A stretch of DNA of 64,000 nt from an uncultured Gammaproteobacteria bacterium (GTDB lineage Bacteria; Patescibacteriota; Microgenomatia; Levybacterales; UBA12049), in contig CAYZZF010000002.1 of assembly GCA_964483115.1 (NCBI GenBank), forward strand, positions 5,493 to 69,492, written 5' to 3'. The notes below the pieces were generated by a model, which made no database searches, had not been told where the DNA came from, and saw only the letters and a list, made by a program, of their open reading frames with translations. Positions within the stretch are counted from its first letter, which is position 1, and every line of letters begins with the position of its first letter. Shown here one piece after another: positions 10,959-21,880 of this stretch. The position numbers and the translations under genes are program-made.

Positions 10959-12286
10959 AAGGAAAGACTTTGGGCGAGAAGAAAAAGGAATACTCCAGTA
11001 ACAGTAATTGCCAGACCAATTATTCCAAAATTTACAATATTAGGATCGCCGGGTGCTGGTAGGGTGGGGGTTGGAGTCGCAGAACTTACCGGCGGTTCGG
11101 TAGGCATAATTGTTGGCGTAGGAGTTGCGGTTGGAGTTTGGGTTGGTGATGGAGAAAAAGCCGGCGTTGCGGAAGGAGTTGCCGATTGTGCAACTTGAGT
11201 TCCTGATGCATAGACAACAAAAGATTGAATTATTGTCCGTAGAATTCCTAAAGCATCTCTTGTAGTAATAGATATTGTGTGTGTGCCAGGCGAAAGGGGA
11301 GTATCAGGACGATAACTCCAGTTTCCAAAACCATCCGTTTCTACTTGAGCTTGTATATTTTCGGTGGAGCGAATAGTTATTGAAACAGTACTGTTTGGAA
11401 GAGCAACACCTTCGAATTTTGGTTGTTGATCGGAAAACCCTTGGTCCTTTTTAGGTATTAAAATTTCAGGACTTTTTGATGTTGTTTTTGCTAAGACAGG
11501 CAGAGCAGAAAAAACAGTCGATGAAGATGGGGTAGCAGGAGGTGAAACTAATGTAAAATCATAATCGTAGGATAGAATTATCGTAGGTACTTCTGTTGAT
11601 GAATTCGACAGTTCAATATTTGATGATAAATCCGCAGAAACTATTAGCATTTTAATAATAGAGTTTTCTTTAAGAGTCACGTATGAAGAAAGGTCGCTTA
11701 CTCTAAGAAGGTTTAATGGGATTTCATAGCTTCCGTCTTCTTTTGTTAGAGTTGATATTGCCTGCGAGTTACCTGCTGTTAGATAAACTATGGCTTCTTT
11801 TGGCGGGTCGCCATCGGGTAATTGAACCTTGCCCGAAACCTTTTTTTGCAAAGAACTCAAGGATGCAATATTCGGTCCTGTTGTTATACTAAAGGCAGCT
11901 CCGTTTTGAAGAAATGTGTCTTGCCCTGAAGTGATTGAAAAATAATAAGAAGTATTTGGTGTTAAATTTTTTACACTAATGCTATGAACTGCATGAGGAG
12001 TAAGCGAGCTCTTTTGTTCTCTTTCGTCCAATGCTGTTTGCCCTAAATTTCTATCTTTATCAAAATTTATAGATCCTAGAACAGCTGCGTCTGTTAAAAA
12101 AGATACTGTAAATGATGTGTCGGAAACATTAGTTATTCTTATATTTTTTGGAGAATTTGAAGGCCCAGCAAATCCAGTAAAGATTACCCTTCTTTGGACA
12201 AGAAATGTTGTTGTGCCTATTCCAATTACTATTACCAATAACCCGATTAATGTTGGTATGCGCTTATTCCAAATGCTATTTTTCAT
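10955..12286 (-). CDS. cell-surface protein: N-terminal TM/signal anchor, beta-rich (Ig/FN3-like) domains, PT-rich linker, C-terminal PGD + TM anchor
   Basis: The C-terminus is ...SATPTPTLPAPGDPNIVNFGIIGLAITVTGVFLFLLAQSLSL. The PT-rich region is SPSPTQTPTATPTPT. Confidence 0.55.
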   Translation of the reverse strand: MKNSIWNKRIPTLIGLLVIVIGIGTTTFLVQRRVIFTGFAGPSNSPKNIRITNVSDTSFTVSFLTDAAVLGSINFDKDRNLGQTALDEREQKSSLTPHAVHSISVKNLTPNTSYYFSITSGQDTFLQNGAAFSITTGPNIASLSSLQKKVSGKVQLPDGDPPKEAIVYLTAGNSQAISTLTKEDGSYEIPLNLLRVSDLSSYVTLKENSIIKMLIVSADLSSNIELSNSSTEVPTIILSYDYDFTLVSPPATPSSSTVFSALPVLAKTTSKSPEILIPKKDQGFSDQQPKFEGVALPNSTVSITIRSTENIQAQVETDGFGNWSYRPDTPLSPGTHTISITTRDALGILRTIIQSFVVYASGTQVAQSATPSATPAFSPSPTQTPTATPTPTIMPTEPPVSSATPTPTLPAPGDPNIVNFGIIGLAITVTGVFLFLLAQSLSL

Positions 12287-12567
12287 GGGGCAGTTCCTCC
12301 TTGAAGTTGTTGCTGAGCCGGTGTTGTTGCTGTCTCTTCTGGGGTAGGAATTACGTTCCCCATCTCATAGATTGGATATATTACCTCTCTGTTTTTAAGA
12401 TTCTCAATAGTTTTGGCATCAAAATCAGGATTTATGGGAGAAATCTGAATACTTAAGGGTGTCGATATAGTACTAACAACCAAATTGTCATATATACTAA
12501 AAATAATCCATGCGATTATTATGATAAAAGTAGATATTAGTAAAAAAAGAATATCTCTCTGTTTCAT
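12283..12567 (-). CDS. small bitopic membrane protein (pilus-operon associated)
   Basis: N-terminal TM (ILFLLISTFIIIIAWIIFSIY). Translationally coupled to pilO on one side and the surface-protein gene on the other. Confidence 0.4.
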   Translation of the reverse strand: MKQRDILFLLISTFIIIIAWIIFSIYDNLVVSTISTPLSIQISPINPDFDAKTIENLKNREVIYPIYEMGNVIPTPEETATTPAQQQLQGGTAP

Positions 12568-12570
12568 TTT

Positions 12571-13224
12571 TTATTTTTTAAAATAAGCCTTTCCTAAAAT
12601 ATTAAATTGCAGAAGCCCCTGTTCTGTTTCGCTGCCCTTTTTATTTATAGAGAGCGTATCTATAGAAAGCACCCTTTGCATTTTAGTTAGGGATGATAAA
12701 AATTTTGTTATATCCTCATAGGACCCTTGCCCAGAAATAGAAAAGGAGAACGAGGAGTATTTGCTCTGATCAGTTGAAGGAGGCTCAGCCTCTACCTGAA
12801 AGCTTTGAAGATTGGTAAGTATGATATTGGAATTTTTTGCAATCGATTGTAATTGTGCCAAAAGAGTAGGAACCTCTGGATTTTTGGGAATACTAGCCAA
12901 AACAATTGGTAAGTCGCTTTGTATAAGATTATATTTTTTTTGGAGAACTGATAGATTATTAATCTTTTCTTCTAGTTTTTGATCAACATATTTACTGTCA
13001 GCCAGCTGCTTTTTAAGCTTTGCAATCGTTGATAAAGTTGGATTTATTGCAAATAAACCAAAAAAGGACAGAGCCACAAGAGATAAGACAATGCTTGTGA
13101 ATCTTTGTGTTTTTTCTTTCTTAAAGTCAGGCAAGAGCTCAAAATATTTATTATTCTTGATATTTCTAAAAATATTGCCTGCTTTGTTTTGTTCTTTCAT
13201 AAAATAATCTTTATTCTTGCGCAA
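12571..13224 (-). CDS. pilO: type IV pilus assembly protein PilO-like
   Basis: Short cytoplasmic N-terminus, one TM, a coiled-coil, then a ferredoxin-like C-terminal domain; about 200 aa. Sits immediately downstream of the PilN-like gene. Confidence 0.5.
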   Translation of the reverse strand: MRKNKDYFMKEQNKAGNIFRNIKNNKYFELLPDFKKEKTQRFTSIVLSLVALSFFGLFAINPTLSTIAKLKKQLADSKYVDQKLEEKINNLSVLQKKYNLIQSDLPIVLASIPKNPEVPTLLAQLQSIAKNSNIILTNLQSFQVEAEPPSTDQSKYSSFSFSISGQGSYEDITKFLSSLTKMQRVLSIDTLSINKKGSETEQGLLQFNILGKAYFKK

Positions 13225-13750
13225 GTGTAGCTGTAATGCTCACGGTGATAGTTGTACTTGATAGCTTATTTTCTATTTTGTCTATACTTACACTTTTTAT
13301 ATTTTTTGAATTTCTTAAAGAACTAATAAAAACGCCAAGAGATGAGACTAATTGAAGATTTGCCTCTATGGTTAGACGATTTTCAGAAATAAGAAAATTA
13401 TTGAAGGTCATTCCTTGAGGAGCAAAACTAATGATCTCTTTTAAGATGTTTAATTTTTTCCCGCCCAAAGTGGAAAAATCAGATGTTAACTTAAGCCTAT
13501 CTTGTAAGTCTCTATAGGTATCTTCTCGATTTTTAAAATATTGTACAATTGTCTGCTCTTGTTTAATTTTTGAATGAAGATCAATAAGCTGTCTGTCTAA
13601 AGAGAATCTATATAAGAAAGCAGATAAGGCAATAAGCTCAATAATTATTACAACAAGCCGTCCTATTGTTAGTGCCCAATTTATAAATTTATCGAAGAAA
13701 TCTATACGTTCCTCTCCCAATAAATTTATAGATGGATGTCTTTTTACCAT
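13211..13750 (-). CDS. pilN: type IV pilus assembly protein PilN-like
   Basis: N-terminal SINLLGEE, the conserved PilN INLLP-type motif, followed by a TM and periplasmic domain. Confidence 0.55.
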   Translation of the reverse strand: MVKRHPSINLLGEERIDFFDKFINWALTIGRLVVIIIELIALSAFLYRFSLDRQLIDLHSKIKQEQTIVQYFKNREDTYRDLQDRLKLTSDFSTLGGKKLNILKEIISFAPQGMTFNNFLISENRLTIEANLQLVSSLGVFISSLRNSKNIKSVSIDKIENKLSSTTITVSITATLAQE

Positions 13751-13784
13751 CGCACTTTTAGTCTAGGGATTTTTTTAGTTTTTG

Positions 13785-14075
13785 TCAAAGAGAGGACGAG
13801 AAGGATTTTTTGCTTTGAGCAGATCTTTTCTTAACAATTTTTTTAACAATCATTTTTGCAAGTCTTGATTTTATTCTCACCGCTTTATTTTTATGAATAA
13901 CGTTCTTTTTAGCAGCTTTGTCTGCCATACTTAAAGCTTGTTGAACAGATTTTTTGGTTGGAGTTTTTATTGCCCTTTTGATAGCAGACTTTAAAAGATT
14001 TTTTAATTTTTTGTTTTCAGTCATTCTCTTTGCGTCTTTTCTTAATTTTTTCCGAGCTGATTTTATCACTGGCAT
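13785..14075 (-). CDS. rpsT: 30S ribosomal protein S20
   Basis: MPVIKSARKKLRKDAKR... is basic and 96 aa long, a typical S20. Confidence 0.8.
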   Translation of the reverse strand: MPVIKSARKKLRKDAKRMTENKKLKNLLKSAIKRAIKTPTKKSVQQALSMADKAAKKNVIHKNKAVRIKSRLAKMIVKKIVKKRSAQSKKSFSSSL

Positions 14076-14111
14076 AGGTGGATTTTAGCATGTTATACTT
14101 TAAATTACAAT

Positions 14112-15770
14112 ATGGCCAATAATTTTTTTAAAAAAGGTTTGAATCTTCTCCTTGCACGACAAACCAATATTTTATCTGCCGCTTTTATCATAATGATAAC
14201 GATTATCCTCTCGCAGATATTAGGGCTTGTTCGACAAAGACTTCTGGTCGCATTTTTCGGAGCCTCAGATACCTTAGGAGTTTATCTTGCGTCATCTCGT
14301 CTCCCTGATTTTCTATTTCAGCTTATTGTTGCCGGTGCACTTTCCTCTGCTTTTATTCCAGTCTTTTCTGATTATCTTGGGAAGCAGAAATATGAAGAGG
14401 CGTATAGAGTCGGCTCAACACTTCTTTACTTGGGGCTTATTTTGTTCTCTTTTTTTGCTGTTATCCTTTTTATCTTTGCAGGTACCTTCTCAAAACTTAT
14501 TGCCCCGGGCTTTTCACCCTCGCAAATTTTACTTATGGCAAAGCTTATGAGAATAATCACTTTTGGAGAATTATTATTTATTATCGGAAGTTTTTTTTCA
14601 GCTATTCTTCAGTCATATAACCATTTTTTTATTCCAGGGATTGCTGCGGCCCTTTATAATCTAGGGATAATTATAGCAATTATAACCCTTTATCCTATCT
14701 TTGGAATTTTTTCAGCAGTCTACGGAGTTATACTTGGCGCATTTATTTTTGTTATTATTCAGCTGCCTTTCATAAAAGATGTTAAATTTTCTTTCAAACC
14801 TTCATTCAACATCAAGGAAAGCGGGGTAATTCAGGTAGTAAAACTTATGTGGCCAAGAACCCTGTCGATAGCGATCTTTCAATTGGGGACTATAATAACT
14901 GTGACTTTAGTATCATTTCTCCCTTCGCCTGGAAGAAGCTATGTCATTTTCGATTATGCCCAAACCCTTGCTTCTGCGCCAGTTGTTCTTATTGGTCAGG
15001 CAATAGCTCAAGCCGCTTTTCCAGTTTTATCGCGCGAGAAAGACAGACTTGATGATTTTAAAGCAACCTTTATCACAAGTTTTAATCAAATGCTTTATCT
15101 AGTACTTCCTATTTCTGTTCTCTTTTTGGTTCTCCGTATCCCAATTGTCAGACTTGTTTTCGGTGCAGCAGCCTTTGACTGGCAAGCAACAGTTTCAACC
15201 GGAAGAACGCTTGCCCTGTTCAGCATCTCAATTTTTGCTCAGGCCCTTATCTATTTAGTTTCAAGGGGTTTTTACGCTCTTCATGATACCAAAATCCCGC
15301 TTATTGTAGGTAGTGCAACAACAATACTTATGTTAGGACTAGAAGCATTATTTATTTTTACATATCGTCTCGGAGTTGATAGCCTTGCAACTGCTTTTTC
15401 AATTGCAAGCATTGCAAATCTTGTAATTTCACTTATCCTTCTTGATTTTAAAATAGGCGGATTTAAGAAAACTACATTCCTTCTTTCAATTACAAAAATA
15501 TCTGTTGCAACTATCTTTACAGGTTTTGCTCTCTACATTCCTGTAAAACTTTTGGACCGTTTGGTCTTTGATACGACAAAAACCATTAATCTTCTGATTC
15601 TAACCGGAATCTCATCGTTTGTAGGGCTCTCGCTTTATCTTTTTTTAACCTGGCTCTTTGATGTAAAAGAAGCATCAACTTTTATTTTACTATTTAGGAA
15701 AATTGGCAACTGGAGAGAGATATTAAGTGGAAGTGAGGAGACAATCGATGCTACAAGAATAAATCCATAA
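14112..15770 (+). CDS. murJ: lipid II flippase MurJ (MviN)
   Basis: LLVAFFGASDTLGVYLASSRLPDFLFQLIVAGALSSAFIPVF is the MurJ N-terminal signature; 14 TM. Confidence 0.85.
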   Translation: MANNFFKKGLNLLLARQTNILSAAFIIMITIILSQILGLVRQRLLVAFFGASDTLGVYLASSRLPDFLFQLIVAGALSSAFIPVFSDYLGKQKYEEAYRVGSTLLYLGLILFSFFAVILFIFAGTFSKLIAPGFSPSQILLMAKLMRIITFGELLFIIGSFFSAILQSYNHFFIPGIAAALYNLGIIIAIITLYPIFGIFSAVYGVILGAFIFVIIQLPFIKDVKFSFKPSFNIKESGVIQVVKLMWPRTLSIAIFQLGTIITVTLVSFLPSPGRSYVIFDYAQTLASAPVVLIGQAIAQAAFPVLSREKDRLDDFKATFITSFNQMLYLVLPISVLFLVLRIPIVRLVFGAAAFDWQATVSTGRTLALFSISIFAQALIYLVSRGFYALHDTKIPLIVGSATTILMLGLEALFIFTYRLGVDSLATAFSIASIANLVISLILLDFKIGGFKKTTFLLSITKISVATIFTGFALYIPVKLLDRLVFDTTKTINLLILTGISSFVGLSLYLFLTWLFDVKEASTFILLFRKIGNWREILSGSEETIDATRINP

Positions 15771-15817
15771 ACTTTATAGATGTAATTTAAATCCTCCTCT
15801 GTTATAATTTCTCCGCT

Positions 15818-17602
15818 ATGGACCAAGAGAATATTAGAAACTTTGCTCTAGTTGCTCATATTGATCATGGAAAATCAACTCTTGCGGACCGCATTATGGA
15901 AATATGTGGTGCAGTTCCCAAAAAACATGAGCCTCAAATTTTAGACAGTCTTGAGCTTGAGAGGGACCATGGCATTACTATCAAATTAAAAGCCGTTCGT
16001 TTAAACTATACCTTAAACGCTATACCCTATCAGCTGAATTTGTTGGATACTCCGGGACATGCTGACTTTTCTTACGAAGTTTCAAGATCTCTTGCTTCTG
16101 TTGAAGGTGCCTTGCTCATTGTTGATGCAACACAAGGAGTGCAGGCACAGACTCTTTCCAATTTTAACCTGGCAATGAATGCCAAACTTACGCTGATTCC
16201 GGTCATCAACAAAATTGATATGCCACAGGCGGATGTCTTAAAGACTACTTTAGAACTTGTCGGTTTGGGATTTAAGGAAAATGAAATTATAAAAGTTTCA
16301 GCCAAAACAGGAGAAAATGTGGAAAAATTACTTTCAGAAATTATTGATAAAATACCTCCTCCCCGAGTTATTACAGACAAGCTCGTCTCTCTTATTTTCG
16401 ACTCAAGCCTTGATCCTTACAAAGGAGTTATTGCTACGGTGAGACTCTTTGGCGGATTACTAAAAACAGGCGATGAAATTTTATTTATGGCAGCAAAAAC
16501 AAAAGGTCAGATTTTACAATTAGGTTATTTGACTCCTAAACCATTTTATTCACAAGAGCTAAAAAAGAGAGAGATTGGATTTATTGTTACAAATATAAAA
16601 GATTTATCTCTGGTAAAGGTCGGGGATACAATATGTCATCCAAAAGAAATAGTTGCTCCGCTTCCTGGATATCAAAAGGTAAAGCCCGTGGTCTTTCTTT
16701 CTTTTTTTCCGCTCAGCTCATCTGATTTTCCGAAAATGAAGGAGGCTTTTGAGAAACTTAAATTAAATGACGCATCCCTTATCTATTCAAATGAGTCATC
16801 CGTTTCTTTGGGTCAGGGTTTTCGTGTAGGCTTTCTCGGTCTTTTGCATGCGCAGATTACTCAAGAAAGACTTGAAAGAGAATATGGTCTTGATATTATT
16901 GCGGCGTCTCCCTCTGTCAATTTTATTATTGATGGTAGAACAATCAATAAGCCTTCGGATTTTAACCCAAATTTAAATTCTCAAGTTCTTGAACCATATG
17001 CAAGAGCTACAATTTTTGTACCCCATAAATATTATGGGCAAATAAGCGATTTGATTTATAAAAAGCGTGGAACGATTGAACATTTTGAAAATATTGGTGC
17101 ATCTTTGAAGATTGAAGCAGTTATTCCACTTCTTGAGATATTAATCGGTTTTTATGATGAGCTTAAGTCTGATACTTCTGGGTTTGCCTCTTTAGATTTT
17201 GAAGTAATTGATTATCGAAGGGCAAACTTGGTAAAACTGGATATCTTGGTAAATCATGAGTCAGTTGAGGGTCTTTCGCAGATAATCCCATTTGAAAAAG
17301 CACAGGAGTTTGGGAAAAAACTAGTCAGTAAACTTAAAGAAGAAATTCCACGCCAGAATATTCCAATTCCCATACAGGCTGTTATTAATTTTGCAAGAAT
17401 AAAAGGAGGAATTGGTGGAAAAATTTTAGCCCGGGAAACAATCCCAGCTTATCGAAAAGATGTTACGGAAAAACTATATGGCGGGGATGTTACGCGCAAA
17501 ACAAAACTTTTAGAAAAACAGAAAAAAGGCAAGAAACGAATGAAACGTTTCGGCCAAATAGAAATTCCCCAAGAAGCCTTTCTGGCAGTTTTAAAATTTT
17601 AA
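15818..17602 (+). CDS. lepA: elongation factor 4 (LepA)
   Basis: NFALVAHIDHGKSTLADR, and a LepA-specific C-terminal domain. Confidence 0.95.
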   Translation: MDQENIRNFALVAHIDHGKSTLADRIMEICGAVPKKHEPQILDSLELERDHGITIKLKAVRLNYTLNAIPYQLNLLDTPGHADFSYEVSRSLASVEGALLIVDATQGVQAQTLSNFNLAMNAKLTLIPVINKIDMPQADVLKTTLELVGLGFKENEIIKVSAKTGENVEKLLSEIIDKIPPPRVITDKLVSLIFDSSLDPYKGVIATVRLFGGLLKTGDEILFMAAKTKGQILQLGYLTPKPFYSQELKKREIGFIVTNIKDLSLVKVGDTICHPKEIVAPLPGYQKVKPVVFLSFFPLSSSDFPKMKEAFEKLKLNDASLIYSNESSVSLGQGFRVGFLGLLHAQITQERLEREYGLDIIAASPSVNFIIDGRTINKPSDFNPNLNSQVLEPYARATIFVPHKYYGQISDLIYKKRGTIEHFENIGASLKIEAVIPLLEILIGFYDELKSDTSGFASLDFEVIDYRRANLVKLDILVNHESVEGLSQIIPFEKAQEFGKKLVSKLKEEIPRQNIPIPIQAVINFARIKGGIGGKILARETIPAYRKDVTEKLYGGDVTRKTKLLEKQKKGKKRMKRFGQIEIPQEAFLAVLKF

Positions 17603-17606
17603 AAGA

Positions 17607-18788
17607 TTAGAAGGCAAAGAATAAGGCGCCTGCGATAATTGAGATTACTAATCCGAAAATTCCTATACCAATTATTGTATCTCCAGGACCGGGTGGGACA
17701 ATGGTTGGCGTCGGCGTTGTCGCAGAGGATTGAGAAGCAGTAACAGTTATGTTTTGTGCGCAAGCCGAGCTGCTACTTATAGCTTCGTTATTGTCAGTTA
17801 AAATTGAAGTTGCAGTGAAAGTACCAGCATTATTATAAGTGTATGATATTGGTACATTTACAGAATTTGAGCCTATTCCTCCGCCGGTCGTAACATCTTG
17901 TATGGATCCATCCCCAAAATCAAATGTAACCTTATTGATTGTTCCGTCTGGATCATTGCCGTTTGCCGTTAAGGTTATGGAAAATGGAGCTGTACCTGTT
18001 CCAGATCGATCAATTGATAAACTTGAACAAACCGGAGCTTGGTTTATAGGCCCTCCTTGACCTGGGGTAGGAGTAGAAGTTATTGGTGGTAAAGATGGAG
18101 TAGGGGACGGCAAGGTAGGAGTAGGACTTATCTCACTCGGCGTTGGAGAGGGTACCGCGCCAGTTATGGTTACTTCTGCAGGATTGGTTGTTGAGAGGAC
18201 ATTCTCGTTAAATTGTTCGGTCGCAGCAATTGATAGCACTTGCGTTTGATTGCCAAATGTGATTTTGGTTGGGATACCTAGACCAGTTGGGGCTATGGCC
18301 TGAAAAGTCACAGTTGCAATGGTTGTTTTTGTCTGAATTGCTTTTGTAGGGTCTGCCCCCACAGAAAGGGTTGTTGTAATAGTACCAGGTTCATATACTG
18401 GTTCCTGAAGGGTTGAAGGCAGCACTTTAGCGTCTGAAACAAGACCAGAGCCAGCTGTTGCAAGTTTTGTTCCATCGTAAGAGATGACTAATTTAACAAA
18501 AGAAACCTGATTTTTCTCTCCGGGATCAAGGGAGACATCAAAACTTACTGTTTGTCCAACAGAAGTGGTTGCAGTGGTGGGGACAAAAGAAAGAGTTGTT
18601 GCTGCCACAGCCCTTCCCCTTATCTCTTGCTGTTTTTGGACAAGATATACAGTGAGTGGAATTGCTACAAGAAGTATTATTATAATTCCGGATAAAACTA
18701 GCTTTTTAGGAGATAAAGACATAAATTTAATTAGTCTTAGTTTATCGTATAGAAGAAAAAGGGGTATGTCAACCCCGAACCACATCAT
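17607..18788 (-). CDS. cell-surface protein with PKD domain, ST/P-rich linker and C-terminal PGD + TM anchor
   Basis: PKD-like block FDFGDGS...YTYNNAGTFTAT. The C-terminus is TPTPTIVPPGPGDTIIGIGIFGLVISIIAGALFFAF. Confidence 0.6.
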   Translation of the reverse strand: MMWFGVDIPLFLLYDKLRLIKFMSLSPKKLVLSGIIIILLVAIPLTVYLVQKQQEIRGRAVAATTLSFVPTTATTSVGQTVSFDVSLDPGEKNQVSFVKLVISYDGTKLATAGSGLVSDAKVLPSTLQEPVYEPGTITTTLSVGADPTKAIQTKTTIATVTFQAIAPTGLGIPTKITFGNQTQVLSIAATEQFNENVLSTTNPAEVTITGAVPSPTPSEISPTPTLPSPTPSLPPITSTPTPGQGGPINQAPVCSSLSIDRSGTGTAPFSITLTANGNDPDGTINKVTFDFGDGSIQDVTTGGGIGSNSVNVPISYTYNNAGTFTATSILTDNNEAISSSSACAQNITVTASQSSATTPTPTIVPPGPGDTIIGIGIFGLVISIIAGALFFAF

Positions 18789-18815
18789 GACTAAAGTATT
18801 ATATGCTATAGGTTA

Positions 18816-18844
18816 TTGACAGGAATTTAATTTTGTTGTATAAA
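18816..18844 (+). promoter_or_regulatory. sigma70-like promoter of groES-groEL (TTGACA-17-TATAAA)
   Basis: ttgaca at 18816-18821, a 17-nt spacer, and tataaa at 18839-18844. Confidence 0.5.
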
Positions 18845-18845
18845 T

Positions 18846-18872
18846 TTAGCAATCACTTAGATTAAGTGATAT
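18846..18872 (+). promoter_or_regulatory. degenerate CIRCE-like inverted repeat (possible HrcA operator)
   Basis: TTAGCAATC-N9-AAGTGATAT. The first arm matches the CIRCE half-site 8/9. Within it is a perfect 8-bp palindrome ATCACTTA-gat-TAAGTGAT. Confidence 0.35.
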
Positions 18873-18906
18873 TTTTTGGTTAAACTTTATAAACTTTACA
18901 TAAGGT

Positions 18907-19209
18907 ATGGCAAAAAAGACGACCAATATAAAGCCATTATTTGATAATGTTCTTATAAGACCACTTGAGGCAGAAGAAAGAACTGCAAGTGGGATTATTC
19001 TTCCAGATACTGCAAAAGAAAAACCCCAGATCGGAATTGTCATGGCAATAGGCCACGGTGCTACAAACGATGCAGGAAAACTTATTCCTGTGACTGTTAA
19101 AGTTGGACAAAAAGTTATGTATAAAAAATGGGGTGGAAATGAAGTTAAGATTGATGGCGAAGACTGGACAATGGTTGAACAAAAAGATATCCTCGCAATA
19201 GTTGGATAG
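18907..19209 (+). CDS. groES: co-chaperonin GroES
   Basis: IKPLFDNVLIRPLEAEERTASGIILP. Confidence 0.95.
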   Translation: MAKKTTNIKPLFDNVLIRPLEAEERTASGIILPDTAKEKPQIGIVMAIGHGATNDAGKLIPVTVKVGQKVMYKKWGGNEVKIDGEDWTMVEQKDILAIVG

Positions 19210-19262
19210 CGTATAGCGTTTAGGGTATAGTTTAAACTAAATTCTAGACACTAACGAAGTAA

Positions 19263-20930
<1,668 letters not shown>

Positions 20931-20965
20931 CAAAAATCATAATTCAAATTTCAAAAGTCAAAATT
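20931..20965. repeat. intergenic copy of dispersed repeat (tcaaaaatcataattcaaatttcaaaagtcaaaatt)
   Basis: Matches the dnaK-downstream copy and the intragenic copies. Confidence 0.6.
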
Positions 20966-20986
20966 AACCGCATTGGCGGTTTTTTG
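20966..20986 (+). terminator. rho-independent terminator after groEL
   Basis: aaccgc-attg-gcggtt hairpin followed by a T5 run. Confidence 0.6.
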
Positions 20987-21027
20987 TTGACAAATTCATT
21001 GTAATAAATATCATTTCTTGCTATATT

Positions 21028-21879
21028 GTGTTCACCACTCTCTTTATGAAAAAAATAATTTTATACACAGTTCTAATCTTGATTGTTATAGTGGCCTTTT
21101 CGGGATTAGTATACCTTCTTAATCAAAAATCTGGTAAAGGAGCACTCCAAGTCACCTCAACTCCTCAAAGCAAAGTTTATTTGGATGGTAAGTTTATAGG
21201 GAATACTCCTCTTTGTAGATGCGGCGTATCGAACATGTTACCTATTGGTAATTATACTATTCAACTTTCCCCGGTTAAAGCTGATCTCAAGTCGTTTGAA
21301 GAAAAGATAACTATAAATAAGTCAACGCTTACTGTAGTTGATAGAAGTTTTGCTATTGGATCTGAATCTGCGGCAAGCATTATTACTCTTTCTCCACTTG
21401 GCGATAATAAAGAGATTGAACTTATGGTTATTTCTTTTCCGTCAAGATCAAATGTATTTTTAGACAATAGTCCTGTTGGTATTACGCCTCTTCTTTTGAA
21501 AAATATAACCCAATCAGACCATGACTTGAAGATAACTAAAGATGGATACATTGACAGATCAGTAAGAATAAGAACAACAGCTGGATTCGTGCTTAAGTCT
21601 ATAATTTACCTTGGCATAAATCCAAATATTTCAACTTCTTCATCGACATTTTCTCAACCAACTCCATCGGCTCCTTCTGTAACAAAAATATTAATTCTGG
21701 ATACTCCTACAGGATTTTTGAGAGTTAGAGAAAGTAGTTCGCTTGATTCTTTAGAAATAAACAGAGTTAAACCAGGAGAAACATTTGAACTAGTTGATGA
21801 AAAAGAAGGTTGGTTTGAAATAAAATTATCAAATGGAAAACTCGGTTGGATAAGTACGCAATATGCAAAAAAACAATAG
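21028..21879 (+). CDS. PEGA-domain protein with C-terminal SH3b domain
   Basis: N-terminal TM; two PEGA-like motifs (VYLDGKFIGNTPL, VFLDNSPVGITPL); C-terminal GWFEIKLSNGKLGWIS, an SH3-like segment. Confidence 0.55.
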   Translation: MFTTLFMKKIILYTVLILIVIVAFSGLVYLLNQKSGKGALQVTSTPQSKVYLDGKFIGNTPLCRCGVSNMLPIGNYTIQLSPVKADLKSFEEKITINKSTLTVVDRSFAIGSESAASIITLSPLGDNKEIELMVISFPSRSNVFLDNSPVGITPLLLKNITQSDHDLKITKDGYIDRSVRIRTTAGFVLKSIIYLGINPNISTSSSTFSQPTPSAPSVTKILILDTPTGFLRVRESSSLDSLEINRVKPGETFELVDEKEGWFEIKLSNGKLGWISTQYAKKQ

Positions 21880-21880
21880 A

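Noticed and set aside
10788-11198. 136-aa ORF on the plus strand with GVGVAVGVWVG repeats
   Set aside because: It is antisense to the PT-rich linker of the surface protein (10955-12286). The low-complexity translation is a by-product of the sense-strand Pro/Thr codons.
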